Below, in pieces: positions 1-60,765 of a stretch of DNA of 64,000 nucleotides. The position numbers were made by a program, and so were the translations under genes. The DNA is from the human T2T-CHM13v2.0 reference genome, Homo sapiens: NCBI RefSeq assembly GCF_009914755.1, contig NC_060934.1; one strand, written 5' to 3'. A model generated the notes under the pieces. The model did not search any database, was not told the origin of the DNA, and was given only the letters and a program-made list of their open reading frames with translations. Within the stretch, counting starts at the first letter, position 1. Every line of letters starts with the position of its first letter.

Positions 1-300
1 TTTCTTTTCTTTTTTTTTTTTTGAAACAGAATCTCACTCTGTCGCCCAGGCTGGGGTGCAGTGCCGTGATCTCGGCTCACTGCAAGCTCCACCTCCCAGG
101 TTCACGCCACCTGCCTCAGCCTCCCGAGTAGCTGGGACTACAGGTGTCCGCCACCACGCCCAGTTAATTTTTTTGTATTTTTAGTAGAGATGTGGTTTCA
201 CCGTGTTAGCCAGGATGGTCTCGATCTCCCGACCTTGTGATCTGCCCACCTCGGCCTCCCAAAGGGCTGGGATTACAGACGTGAGCCACTGCGCCCGGCC
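1..300 (-). mobile_element. Alu (AluY-like)
   Basis: Poly-T followed by antisense Alu with gcaagctcc and ttagccaggatggtctcgatc diagnostics. Confidence 0.93.
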
Positions 301-304
301 TTCA

Positions 305-810
305 CTTTCTTAATGGTAATTTTTGATGAACAGAAGTTCTTAATATAGTACAATTTACCCATTTTTATCCTTTACATTTAGAGTTGTTTGTGTCCTAGTT
401 AAGAAATCCTTGCCTACATCTTACTTGAAGATGTTCTCCTATACTTTCTTCTAAATGCTTTTTATTTTACCTTTCATATTTTTATCTGGACTTGAGTTTT
501 GTGTATGGTGTGAGATAAGAGTCAAAGCATACTTTTTTCCAAAGAGATATCCAACTGTCCCAGCAATGTGTACCTAACAGATCGGCCTTTCTCTACTAAG
601 CTCTGATGTCTTCTTTTTAAATCAAATGGTTATATGCACGTATGTGGCTCTGCTTCTGGATTCTCTGTTCTGTTCCACTAGCCTATCTGTCCTTGCTGCC
701 ATACCAGATACTCTTAATAATAAGTCTTGCTATCACAGTAATTTAAGTCCCCCTGCTTTGTTTTTCTTCTTCAAGAATAGGCTGTTCTTGGGCCTTTTCA
801 GCCTAAGTTT
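305..810 (-). mobile_element. Old L1 (L1M) fragment
   Basis: ttttgatgaacagaagttc and ttttgtgtatggtgtgag resemble antisense L1 ORF2 3' sequence. Confidence 0.6.
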
Positions 811-1231
811 TTAAATAGTAGAACTGTAGGGTTGAGGAATGAGGGGGTTCTGCAAAAGCAGATTTTCCAATTTACAAAAATATGACCAACTTTTTAAGAA
901 TCAAAACTTCTTCTTTGACTTAACTCGAAATCTACTGGAAATAGACCAACATTTGACATACCATTAATATGAATTATTGTACTTTACAACCACTCAGTAA
1001 CAGGGCTGTTTTTGTTTTCCCTGTTTCCTGGCTTCAGACTGATCTATCTTATTTTCGTACTTCTTGTCTTCTCTCTTCACATCTAGTCTCTTCTTTGTTC
1101 CAAACATATTTAGCCAAATAAGGACTTACAGGTAACTGAATTCTCTTTTCTTAATTCAATACTTGTGAATCGTTCCTTTCCTCCCTTTTTAGAAGCTACG
1201 GTAGTTCTAGGGGCTTTTAAAAATTATTAGT

Positions 1232-1805
<574 letters not shown>

Positions 1806-1866
1806 CATTATTAGTATTACTACCCCTTTTCAGGTAGAAAAGCCTATTTTTTAGAAAATTGTCTAG

Positions 1867-2465
<599 letters not shown>

Positions 2466-4001
2466 TAAGACTATGAACAGGGACCTCTCTCAGCCTTAGT
2501 TTCCTATTTTGTAAAATGGAATCATAATCCAACTTGCAGTGCTATCTTAAGTTTTATAGGTAAGTATACATAAAGCATATTGTGACATGTATCACATATG
2601 GTAGGCTATCAGAAAATGGCGGCTATTTTTCTAATAATTATTTTTGTAGCAAATAGAAAAAATGGTTATAACTTAGATTTTAAAATTCTCACCACCCCTG
2701 ATTCCGTTATTCCCCTTTTTCTATGGGTTCATCAACGTGGTTGAAAAATATACTGAGCATCTGTTTCTTAGTTACAACGAAACAAACATGTTCCACCTTA
2801 GTCTCAAGTAATTCCAATTTGCAATTTTTCAAATCACTTTGCAATTTCTCAAACAGATCTTTGCTTATTTTACTTATAGGCCACCTCTTTAAATCACTTG
2901 CTTTAGTCTGGCTCAGCTTTCTGAATCTTAAGGATTATTGTTGGCTTTTGAACACATTTGTTTCCGTTGTTTTTTTCCCCATCTTATCATGTTTATTTGA
3001 ACTAGTTCTCTGTTTCTTTATCATTGTGTTACTATTTGTTTTGTGACTACAGTTGATTGTGCTGATTATCTGTCCTTTAAATTTGCTCTTGGTGGGAAAA
3101 TGTAAGCTAGTCAGCTCCAGTGAAAAAGACTATCAAGAATAAGATCTGGGAAAATATTTTTTTAATTTGTAAAAGCTGTATAGCCCTACAGATTGTCTGC
3201 GTTCTAATTATAAAAGCTATAATTAAGAAAGAAATCCCAGTATTTACATTGTAACTTAGCATCACTTCTTGCCAATCAGTTCACATGAAAACTATACATT
3301 TCTCCTGGAAAATGTCTGAATATACTTTGACAGGCTTCTGGAAGCAAGATAATCCTTACCAAATCTTGATTAGAAAGCATAACGTTGCTACAGTACAACG
3401 TGACAGTGCAGTAAAAACACACAAGACTGCCAGAAAGCAAGCAGAAGAAAATGATATTTTTATACATGCATCTCAAGTTTAAGAACACAAATGAGCCTAA
3501 TTACAGAGGATGGCTGGCATATTTTGACAGTCTTGGCTATTATCACATTGTCACATTATAAACTTCACTGTGTTCCTTGCCATAAATTGTGTGCTGCTTT
3601 TCAACCACAATGCATGATAAACTTAAAAAAAAAAAAAGCATGTCTATGAAATAGAGAACACTGTAACATTGCAAACATGAAGAAAAACTCTTCTTAAATT
3701 AGAATTTTAAATATATTAGTATGCTTTATAACCTTAAACATCCTGTCATGATTTAAAAATTAGGTGTCATTTCGTCCCTAAGCATTTTTGTGCCCACTTG
3801 ACCTGTATGGCCTCTATCCCATATATCCATATACACAGGGTATGACAGGTGCTTGCAAAGCCCTAGTCTATAGTAGAGACATATATGAATGAAAGGTGCC
3901 TAAAGTGAAGTAGAGTCTTCGGCTCAAAACTCAGCTTTCTACATCTCAAGTCAATATTTCTAAGCATAATAAATTGAAAAATAGTAATAATTCTGAAACT
4001 G

Positions 4002-4140
4002 GGCTGGACATGGTGGCTTATGACTACAATCCCAGCACTTTCAGAGGCTAAGGTGGGAGGACTGCCTGAGCTCAGGAGTTCAAGACCAGTCCAGGCAACA
4101 GAGCGAGACCTCATCTCTAATTTTTAAAAGAAAAAAAAAA
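4002..4140 (+). mobile_element. FLAM (free left Alu monomer)
   Basis: Single Alu arm plus A-rich tail. Confidence 0.82.
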
Positions 4141-4563
4141 TTTTTGGAACTACAAAAGACTTCCTCTTATAGAAAGAAAATAAAGGTTTTCTATCTGAGC
4201 CATTTTCCTGTCTTTGATGTAATTATCATCAGTCTCAAGTCTCAAAGTTTAATCTAGGAACTCCACAAATTAACTGATACCCAGAGATGCCTCTAAGGCA
4301 TTGATAAATTTTAAAACCTTTGCAAACATAACAAAATATACTTTAGAAAATCCACAAGCTATAATTTTTTTAGTGGTATCTTTCCTATACTGGACATGAA
4401 CTCAATACCTTGGTGTTTGTTAGCCAAAAAATTACTTACTTAACACAAAATTTCAATGTATGATATCATGTCATCTGAACAAGAAATATACTTAAGTATT
4501 CTCCAGTATTATTACAGATGTGGGTGGTGTTATTACAACTCAGATGTACTCTTTCTGCTGGTA

Positions 4564-4900
4564 TCGTCATGGACTGAATGTTTATGTCCCCAAAAGCTGA
4601 TATGTTGAAATTCTAACCCCCAATTTGATGGCATCTGGAGTGGGGCCTTTGAGAAATAATTGGGTTGTAAAGGTGAAGTCCTCTAAATGGGATTAGTGCC
4701 TTGTGAAGAGATCCAGAGATCTTGCTTCCTCTCTGCTCTTTGCCATGAGAGGATACAATCAGAAAGCAAGCCCTCCCCAGATACCTGATCTGCTGGCACC
4801 TTCATATTAAGATTTCCCAGCCTCCAGAACTGTGAGAAATAAATGTTTGTTTAAACCACTCAGTCTATGGTAATTCGTTACAGCAACCTGAACTAAGATA
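4564..4900 (+). mobile_element. MaLR solo LTR (MLT1A-like)
   Basis: atggactgaatgtttatgtcccc start; cagcctccagaactgtgagaaataaat; ends gaactaagata. Confidence 0.8.
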
Positions 4901-6020
4901 TCTAATCATATCAACCAAAGAGAACAATATCCCCATACTTTATGATGATTGTTCCTTATGATATAGCAAAATTCCCAAATCCTTCCTGTGATTATTCTGA
5001 TTAAAGTTAAGTTGAATATAGTATGGAATTCCATGGGGTGTAGGTGGATATCTATATAGAAACTGGCTAGGGTATACCTAAAGTATTGTCATGCCAGTAG
5101 CGTCCCCCAATTTATTATTCAAGGCTCAAAATCAATGCTTTCAGAAAACAACCAGAGGCTATGCAAGCCGGTAGGGGGAAAAGAGGTATAAGAGAATTAA
5201 GCTTTGATATCCCAAAGAACAGGAAAACCTCTACCTCAAGTAGGTAATTTAGGCTAATTTCCGATCTTCCTTGGTTTCTGATAAAGGATTTATTTTGTAT
5301 GAAGTCGTCTGATCTTTCTTCTTCAGTCTCATAAATGGGAAGCTGTTGATCAATGCAAGCATATATACAAGCACACACACACAATTACATGTGTGTATAT
5401 ATGTGCACCCCCCCCAGCCTCTTAACCAGTAGCTAATAATTTAAAACACAGGCACTGAAATGCAAATTAGAAGGCATTCACAACTATGAAACAACCAGAG
5501 AAGAAGCTCTCTAACCTATCTTCCTTCTTCCTTCTATCTTTTTTATAAACTGTGGGAGAATTTTGAGAACATGATTAGGGAACAGCAGGATATGTTTCGT
5601 TCACCTAGCATTCATGAGAAGTCTTACTTCTCATAGGTAACCATAAGGAAGAATACAATATTAGCAACTAATTTACTTACATAATAATTTATGGGTAAGG
5701 CAGGCCTATACACATAAAGTGATTACAGTTCAATAGATGTGTTTACCCTCCATAGCCTAATAATTATGGTCACTGAGATTTACTCTGCTATAGAACACAT
5801 ATAAACAGACAACGTTGACAAATAAGGATTGGTTTCTATGGAGTAACATGGGCCTTCCAAAATAATTGGAACACAATTCCTGATTTCAGAACTGTCAAAA
5901 ACTCTTGAAGGCAAAAAAAGAAATTATGAGGCTCTGAGAAATCAGAAATCAAAACATAAAAATAAAACATAAGTAAAACCATGTTGAAAGAAATCCAGAA
6001 GAGAAATTATACAATCTAAC

Positions 6021-6171
6021 CTTTTCACCCCAAATCTGTTCCTCCTTTTTCTTGCCACTCCAACATTGATGAAATGTAGAGTAATTGAAATTTACTTCGG
6101 AGATACAGCAAGGGACTCCAAAAGGCCATGGAGAGAGAATTTCAACTAAAATTGAAAAGCCATACAGAGGT
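6021..6171 (-). other. IKZF5: Probable IKZF5 exon 2 (5' UTR, 151 nt)
   Basis: Minus-strand acceptor tttgtttttttatgcag| at 6172/6171 and donor AAG|gttaga at 6021/6020, in repeat-free sequence. Confidence 0.68.
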
Positions 6172-7688
6172 CTGCATAAAAAACAAACAGCACACCACAA
6201 ATCAAAACCTTTAAGATAAAAACTTAATTAGCATCTACAGGTTGAATGAGCTAGTAACTTATGCCAATCTTATCATTACATTAGCTGAAAAGAAAACGAA
6301 CTGACAGATTAATCAAAGAACAAAGCAGTAGCTTCACTTCAGCAAAAGCTCCATAGGATCACCAAAGAATAACTGGTGTGACTACCGTTTTCTCACTGGT
6401 GGATTAGTTTTTGGCAAGATTTTTAATGTCTAAATTTAAGTTAAACTTCAGTTTAAAGAAATTAAGATTAACTTCATTTAGTCACAGCACACTTCCAAAA
6501 CGGTCAAGCTTAGTACTGCTGAACAGCTGTAGTTGCATAAAAACAACGCATAGTCCTAAGTAGGGAAATGGGAAAGGGCTTTAAATACAAAAACAAAAAA
6601 AACATGCACACCCGATAAGGGCACATCTGAATCCCATCCTTCTTATCCTATCATAACACAAAACAGCTACGGTTTTCTGGGAAACATCCTGGACCGCTAG
6701 GGGAAAATAACACCAGACATTTCAATTCACTGTAACGAACTCTCATCAATAATAATAACCTTTAGCTGTTGTGACAACACGACATAAATCAAAATTAAAT
6801 TGAATTTTTAAAATTGTTAGTTCCTACGTTTAAAAAAAAGTTGTTTTAAATACATTCTGTTCTTTCAAAACTGAATTTCCTCAGATCACACAATTTAAGA
6901 CGCCTTTATGTCTTCTTCCGCTTGTCACACGTCTTTCGGGTTCTGACCAGCACATCAAGGGGACTCTAAGCAGGCCACGTGGTTAGTGTTTGCTAGAACT
7001 TGTTTAGCTTCAGATCCAGTCATCGAGCATGCTAGGCTTGGCTACTCGCGCTCCACACAGTTTATCCAAAGATCTAAACCCCGAATGAACCTGAATAGTT
7101 ATTTGCTACAATGTCTTTCTCAAATCTCACATGTTCCTAAAATAAGGGTGCCCATGCAGTAGAGACGGATCCGGGCAGGATCATTAGATAAAATACGAAG
7201 GCTTTAAACGTCCTTCTCCCAACAATCAGCCTGGGACCGGCGTCGGGGCAGCAGCCTCACCAAGATTCGGAGCGACATCCTCGCCAGGATTCGAAACACC
7301 TAGGAGACCCGCGCCCGGCTGACTCCCAGCCCCTGGGACCCCGTGAAGACGCAAACCTCGGGACGCCTCCCGCAGAACCACCTGTCAGAGCCAAGCAACA
7401 GTCCCCGCCCCGGAGCCTCCGAGCTCCTGCTCGAAGGCAATGACAGCAGGAGACCCCGCTCCCTCGGGGTTCTCGCGGCCATAGGCGCCGCAGTCCACTG
7501 CCCTCCGGCTAAAGAGGTCCCGGGCCATCACCTGCCCGCCTACCGACCACGCCCGACCCTCCACTGAACTGAGTCTCCGTCCGGATCAGCCGGCCCGCCA
7601 CGAACCCAGCTCCAGTCTCCGGCCGCTCCTTCTTATCCGCCCTGTCCTGCCGCGTCGCCGCCGTCCGAGCCGGCAGCCTGCTACTTAC

Positions 7689-7800
7689 CTCCTGACAACT
7701 GCATGGAGTAAACCACACCGCCTTGTTAAATGCCGTCGCCGCCGCCGCCGTCTTCGTCACCGTCACAGTCGCCGCCGCCATCTTTGTTGTGTCTCCGACT
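7689..7800 (-). other. IKZF5: IKZF5 exon 1 (5' UTR; start approximate)
   Basis: Perfect minus-strand donor GAG|gtaagtag (plus ctacttac|ctc at 7688/7689) inside the CpG island. Gene identity comes from recalled head-to-head synteny with ACADSB, not from coding sequence in the window. Confidence 0.82.
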
Positions 7801-8024
7801 CCCTTCCCGCCCCCCTGCCTTGCTCAAGTCTCGCGTGAGCAGGATGGAGGGCGAAAGCGAGGAGGGGCCTGTTTGTCTCTCTTGGGGTTCCGTAGGCAGC
7901 AGGGGGCAGGGATTAAGGGGGGGTGTGTGCGGGGCGGGTACTGAGTGGGCGGGGCCTTGCTCGGGTAACTCCCAGGGGCTGGCTAGAGACCCAGAGGCGC
8001 AGAGCGGAGAGGCCTGCGGCGAGG

Positions 8025-52776
<44,752 letters not shown>

Positions 52777-52996
52777 CGTCTATAGGAGTGGGACCCCTCC
52801 CTGGTGTCACTGCTGTAAAATTTTAAACGGTTGTGTCTTGTTGGGAGTAAGTGCCTTGCGTGGGAATAAACTTCCACAGCATTCGAATATTTTAATGAAG
52901 CCCTTAGTCAGGGTCCTGGTGTTGGCCTTTTTGGTTTTCTCTTTTCAGGCTGTTTAACTTAGGCACAGGAGATCCACTTTTAAACTTGGGAAATAA

Positions 52997-53330
<334 letters not shown>

Positions 53331-54144
53331 GGGTATTTATATTATCATTCTAGTTTCAGAGTATACAGAAGTTTCATCCCATCATTTGGAAAAATAAAGG
53401 CATCTGAAGTACAATATTACTTATAGAAATAGTTTATATTCCTATTAAATCTTAATCTTGTGGCATCAGGGAAATATTTGTTACATAGTAGGCAATTTTT
53501 ATCCAGTACTTTATAGATTCAACTCTAAGTTGCAAGCGAAGTCAAAACTGATGAAAATTTATTTAGAAAAATCTAAAAATTCTGGTTTTAAATATGAGAA
53601 TCAGTGGAAAATAAGGGTATAATTTTGTAGGTCATATGATTGAAGAAAATATTATTTTAACAATGTAAAGCAATATGATTTGTTACTATAATTAACCTGT
53701 ATAAAAGATACATTTTATGGTGGTTTCAGTAGGTCATTTTAAAAACCAATGTGCATTAGTTTTCAAGTATAAGGTTTAAGTAATTTGGTTTAATAATCAG
53801 AAAATATTCAATACAGTGTTGGATATTCTGTCATGCACTATTTTTCAGTTGACAATTTCTGTATTTTAATTGAATACTGTTTCTTCAGTCATGGTTATTG
53901 CACTTTATCCTGAATAATAATTCAGAAATTGGGTTTTGGTTCAGTGATTCTCAAGAAAAAGATCTCTTGCCCATTAAGAAGTGTATCAAAATCTCATAAG
54001 GAATGAGGGAGAGAAGGGGGCTGTAGAGTTTGAAAAAGCATATTCAATATTAAAATAGTTTTATATTTGGGAAGGCAAAAATGAATCTATTGTTTTGCAA
54101 TATAGGTTATAAACAGGCAAAATGCAATAAAATATATATCTGGT

Positions 54145-55541
54145 TGTATTAGTCTGTTTTCACGCTGCTGATAAAGACATACCTGAGACCAGGAAGAAAA
54201 AGAGGTTTAATTGGACTTACAGTTCCACATGACTGGGGAGGCCTCAGAATCATGGTGGGAGGCAAAAAGCACTTCTTACATGGCGGCAGCAAGAGAAAAT
54301 GAGAAAGAAGCAAAAGTGGAAACCCCTAATAAACCTATCAGATCTTGTGAGACTTACTATCACGAGAATAGCACAGGAAAGACTGGCCCCCATGATTCAA
54401 TTACCTCCCCCGGGTCCCTCCCACAACACATGGGAATTCTGAGAGATACCATTTAAGTTGAGATTTCAGTGGGGACACAGCCAAACCATATCATTCTACC
54501 CCTGGCACCTCCAAATCTCATGTCCTCACATTTCAAAACCAATCATGCCTTCCCAACAGTCCCCCAAAGTCTTAACTCATTTCAGCATTAACCCAAAAGT
54601 CCGCAGTCCAAAGTTTCATCTGAGACAAGGCAAGTCCCTTCCACTTATGAACCTGTAAAATCAAAAGTAAACTAGTTACTTCCTAGATACAATGGGGGTA
54701 CAGGTATTGGGTAAATACAGCCATTCCAAATGGGAGAAATTGGCCAACACAAAAGGGTAACAGGGCCCATGCAAGTCCAAAATTCAGCAGGGCAGTCAAA
54801 TTTTAAACCTCCAAAATGATCACCTTTGACTCCACGTCTCACAATCATCTCTCTCAAGTTCGAAGTTCCACAAATCTCTAAGGCAAGGGAAAGATGCTGC
54901 CAGTCTCTTTGCTAAAACACAGCAAGAGTCACCTTTACTCCAGTTCCCAACAAGTTTTTCATCTCCATCTGAGACCACCTCAGCCTGAATTTTATTGTCA
55001 ATATTGCTATCAGCATTTTGGGCAAAGCCATTCAGCAAGTATCTAGGAAGTTCCAAACTTTCCCACATTTTCCTGTCTTCTTCTGAGCCCTTCAAACTGT
55101 TCCAACCTCTGCCTGTTACCCAGTTCCAAACTTGCTTTCATATTTTTGGCTATCTTTTCAGCAATGCCCCACTCTACTGTTAGCAGTTTACTGTATTAGT
55201 CTGTTTTCACACTGCTGATAAAGACATTCCTCAAGATTGTGAAGAAAAAGAGGTTTAATTGGACTCACAGTTCCACATGGCCGGGGAGGCCTCAGAATCA
55301 TGGCGGGAGGTGAAAAGCACTTCGTACATGGTGGTGGCAAGAGAAAATGAAGAAGAAGCAAAAGTGGAAACCCCTGATAAACCCATCAGATCTCATGAGA
55401 CTTACTATCATGAGAATAGCACAGGAAAGACTGGCCCCCCTGATTCGATGACCTCCCCCTGGGTCCCTCCCACAACATGTGGGAATTCCAGAAGATAAAT
55501 TCAAGTTGCAATTTCAGTGGGGACATAGCCAAACCATATCA
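54145..55541 (-). mobile_element. THE1 provirus (LTR 54145-54493, deleted internal region 54494-55191, LTR 55192-55541)
   Basis: Two ~350-bp direct LTRs tgtattagtc...ccaaaccatatca; 5-bp TSD CTGGT at 54140-54144 and 55542-55546. Confidence 0.94.
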
Positions 55542-57278
55542 CTGGTGATGCCACTTCTTCAGTATTAGGGATTCTCAGTCAGAAGAGACCCCCTGTGTGG
55601 CCTGAGTCCCCTCAGGAGGAAGGTGGACAACAGAGAAATGAGAGTTTTGATATTTTCTGAAAGAGGAACATGTGTTAGAGATGAAGAATCTTCCAAGGCT
55701 CATGCAGTTGCTTAGAATAATCATTACTGTTATATGAGAAACATTTTAGTAATTTAATAAAAGGATAATGTTTATTTAAAAAACCTGACTTTTCCAGAGT
55801 AATTTTGTTTTGCACATTCATGTTTATTGAAGTGGACTAATTTCTATAATGCAAATCAGAGTTAAATATTAAAAATTGTGTAAATACAATTGACATAGGA
55901 ATTACATTAAAATATTAGGAAGAAACAAGGACAAATTTAGACCTTGAATCCGAAGAGATAAAGCTTACTTGACTTTCAAATGGAGAGATGATGAAAACCC
56001 ACTCATTCAGTCTTTCAGAACAAAAAGACAGTCATCTGATAAGAGTATGACATGGATGAAATGCCCTACAGGGGCCTTGGACATCTTTAATTTCTGCGAT
56101 TATGTGAAAGAGGTGGACTTTACAGATAATGGAGCAGAAGCCAACATTAGTAAAAGGAATCCCAACTTCTTCCCATAGAATTAGAAACATGTGAAAGTAC
56201 AATAAACTTCTTGTTCAAATTACCAGCATCAGAGAGCTTCCCATTTGCATCTAGACCTTGAATTTATATTTATTGATCAAGTTCTAATTTGTATGTATAT
56301 TTTGTGCATATTCACCAATAACAGTTAAAATTAATTATGTGTTATAGTTAATATATGCACCTACCTTCTTCCGTTAGTGCATCAGTAAATGTGTTATTTT
56401 GTCATTTTTCCAAAGAGAGTGTTGTAGGTTTTCCCTGTAGTTCTTCCTTTATAGCTTTTCTTCTGATAACCATGACTTCAGGAGCTTTAAAACTATCTAT
56501 CTTGCATTTGTGTCTGGCGGAGAACTAGCCATCAGCCTCCTGAAGCCTGCCATCATTGTTAATTTGAGGACTGGGCTGTCTTGGGGCTCAGAAGGTAAAG
56601 AACTATTTGAGCAGATGTGTGTGGGTGGCACTGGATTCCACCCAACTGCCAAGTTAGTATTGTTAGAGATTTCATTTTACAACACAAAAATAAGCCTGTG
56701 TCAAAGATTTTAAAATCATGGAAAGTTAAAATCTAGAAAGACCTTAGAGAACCAGCCAACCAACTCTCTCATTTTAAAAGTGAAGGATTCATAGCACAGA
56801 TTACTTGCCTAAGATCATCCAGGAACGAAGACAAGAATCCAAATGTACTTGGGGACAAGAATTAGTCCCCAAATTCAGTGTTCTTCCTAGTATTAAACAT
56901 TGCCCCTTTCGACAAATTTTGGATTTCATTCTTGTTATATTTCAGTACTCTTGCTGATTTATTTTAGGTTTAACTGGTAAAGAATGAACATTTCAGAAGT
57001 GTTAGGATTAGTCAGTGTCATCGCTTATGTATATGAATCACTTGCCAAAGACACTGGCTCTCCTCAGCTGTAACCAGCATGTCAAATGTGAAGATTATTG
57101 TGTGGGATCCTTTGGTTTCATTGTTATGATGTATTTTATAAATGTACTAGTTATATCCTTGTTTATGTATTTTTGCTGATCTTTCATAAAGCAGAATGGT
57201 ATGTATCGGATTGTTTTAATGTTATATATTGGATTGTATTCGTTGTTACAAAACCAATATTCTATGGAGAATGAAAAA

Positions 57279-57284
57279 AATAAA
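57279..57284 (+). terminator. ACADSB: Probable distal polyadenylation signal
   Basis: AATAAA with upstream TGTA elements and downstream gatttttggt / ttgtttgtt. Confidence 0.7.
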
Positions 57285-58557
57285 GGACTAAATTAACTGG
57301 AGATTTTTGGTACTCTTATAAAGCAAAATTGTTTGTTATACATACAGATGAAATAAGAAAATAATGTAATCTTTCTGTAAGATATATACATCTTTGTTTA
57401 CCAAACCAATAGCTTGCCTCTCACATAAGCCAATTTTGTTTGTTTTCAGAGAAGAGGTCTTATAATGTAGACTGAGTTTAAATTCATGATACTAAAGAAA
57501 ATGTTGCCAGAGGACCCTTTTTTTTAAATGGCAAAATAAGCAGCTCTTCAGTAGAGAGTTCACCTCTTTTGAGCGTATCCTTGCTGTACAGATATTATCT
57601 GGCTGATATGTATGCCTGTGCTTTATAGTGTTACTTTTAGAAAATGTATATTATTGCACTTTTTACTCAGTGGTACACTGTAGCCTAAGGCTATAGGAAA
57701 TTTCAACTTATCTTCTCCCCATTATCCTCTACATCATTTTAGAAATCTAGGTATTAGTCCCTTTTTTTTTTTCCTTTGTCATTCAGCAACATGTAGTGAG
57801 TGGTCGCTATGTCCAAAGTGCTGTGGACGCTGAGCCACCATGCAAACATGAATAAGAACAGCTCCTTGTTTAAATGTGCGCCCATTCAGGTGTCTTTTCT
57901 ATTCATCACAGAAAGATTGAGTAGAAAGCTACCGAGGTCACCCCTATAAAGAAATATTTCTTTACATCCATTAGAATGATAACAGTAAGCGCTGACATCT
58001 CTTGAGCTCCTACCATGTGCTAGCCATGATTCTAGACTCTTGACACATATTAACTCACAACAGCCCTATGAGGGAGGTGCTCTTTGTTATCTCATTTCAT
58101 AGGCAAGGACACTGAGGCATAGAGGTGTTAGATAAGATGCTTATTCATAGATGGCAGAAATGGAACTCAAACTCCAGCAGTCTTGCTGATGAAGGCCCTC
58201 CTAGATTTATTCTTTTGGGTCTAAGTCTTGTTTATCTTCAGGAGCCTTCCAGTAAAATACCACCACCAACTAGTCCTTTATTCATTAATAATTCTTCATG
58301 AATGAGTTTCAGATACTTTGAGGCAGAGAAACTAGCTGAGAATGGGACCTTCGAGACGAACGGGTGTGGTGGAAACGTGTGTTTGGAGAGAAGACCTGGC
58401 AGAGTAGGTAAAGCAATGGGAAGATGCAGTTAGAAGGATGAGAAAAGCACTGAAAAGAAAACTAAGGAAATACCAAATAATCTCACTCTAGAGTTTTGCC
58501 TGGGATTTGCTATGTGCCATGTTTGATTCTTGATCTTAAAAAGATAAAAATAAGTAA

Positions 58558-60765
<2,208 letters not shown>

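Noticed and set aside
2723-3046. Hydrophobic 107-aa plus-strand ORF resembling a membrane protein
   Set aside because: The F/L/S/I bias is expected from T-rich DNA and is better explained as the shadow of the minus-strand frame.
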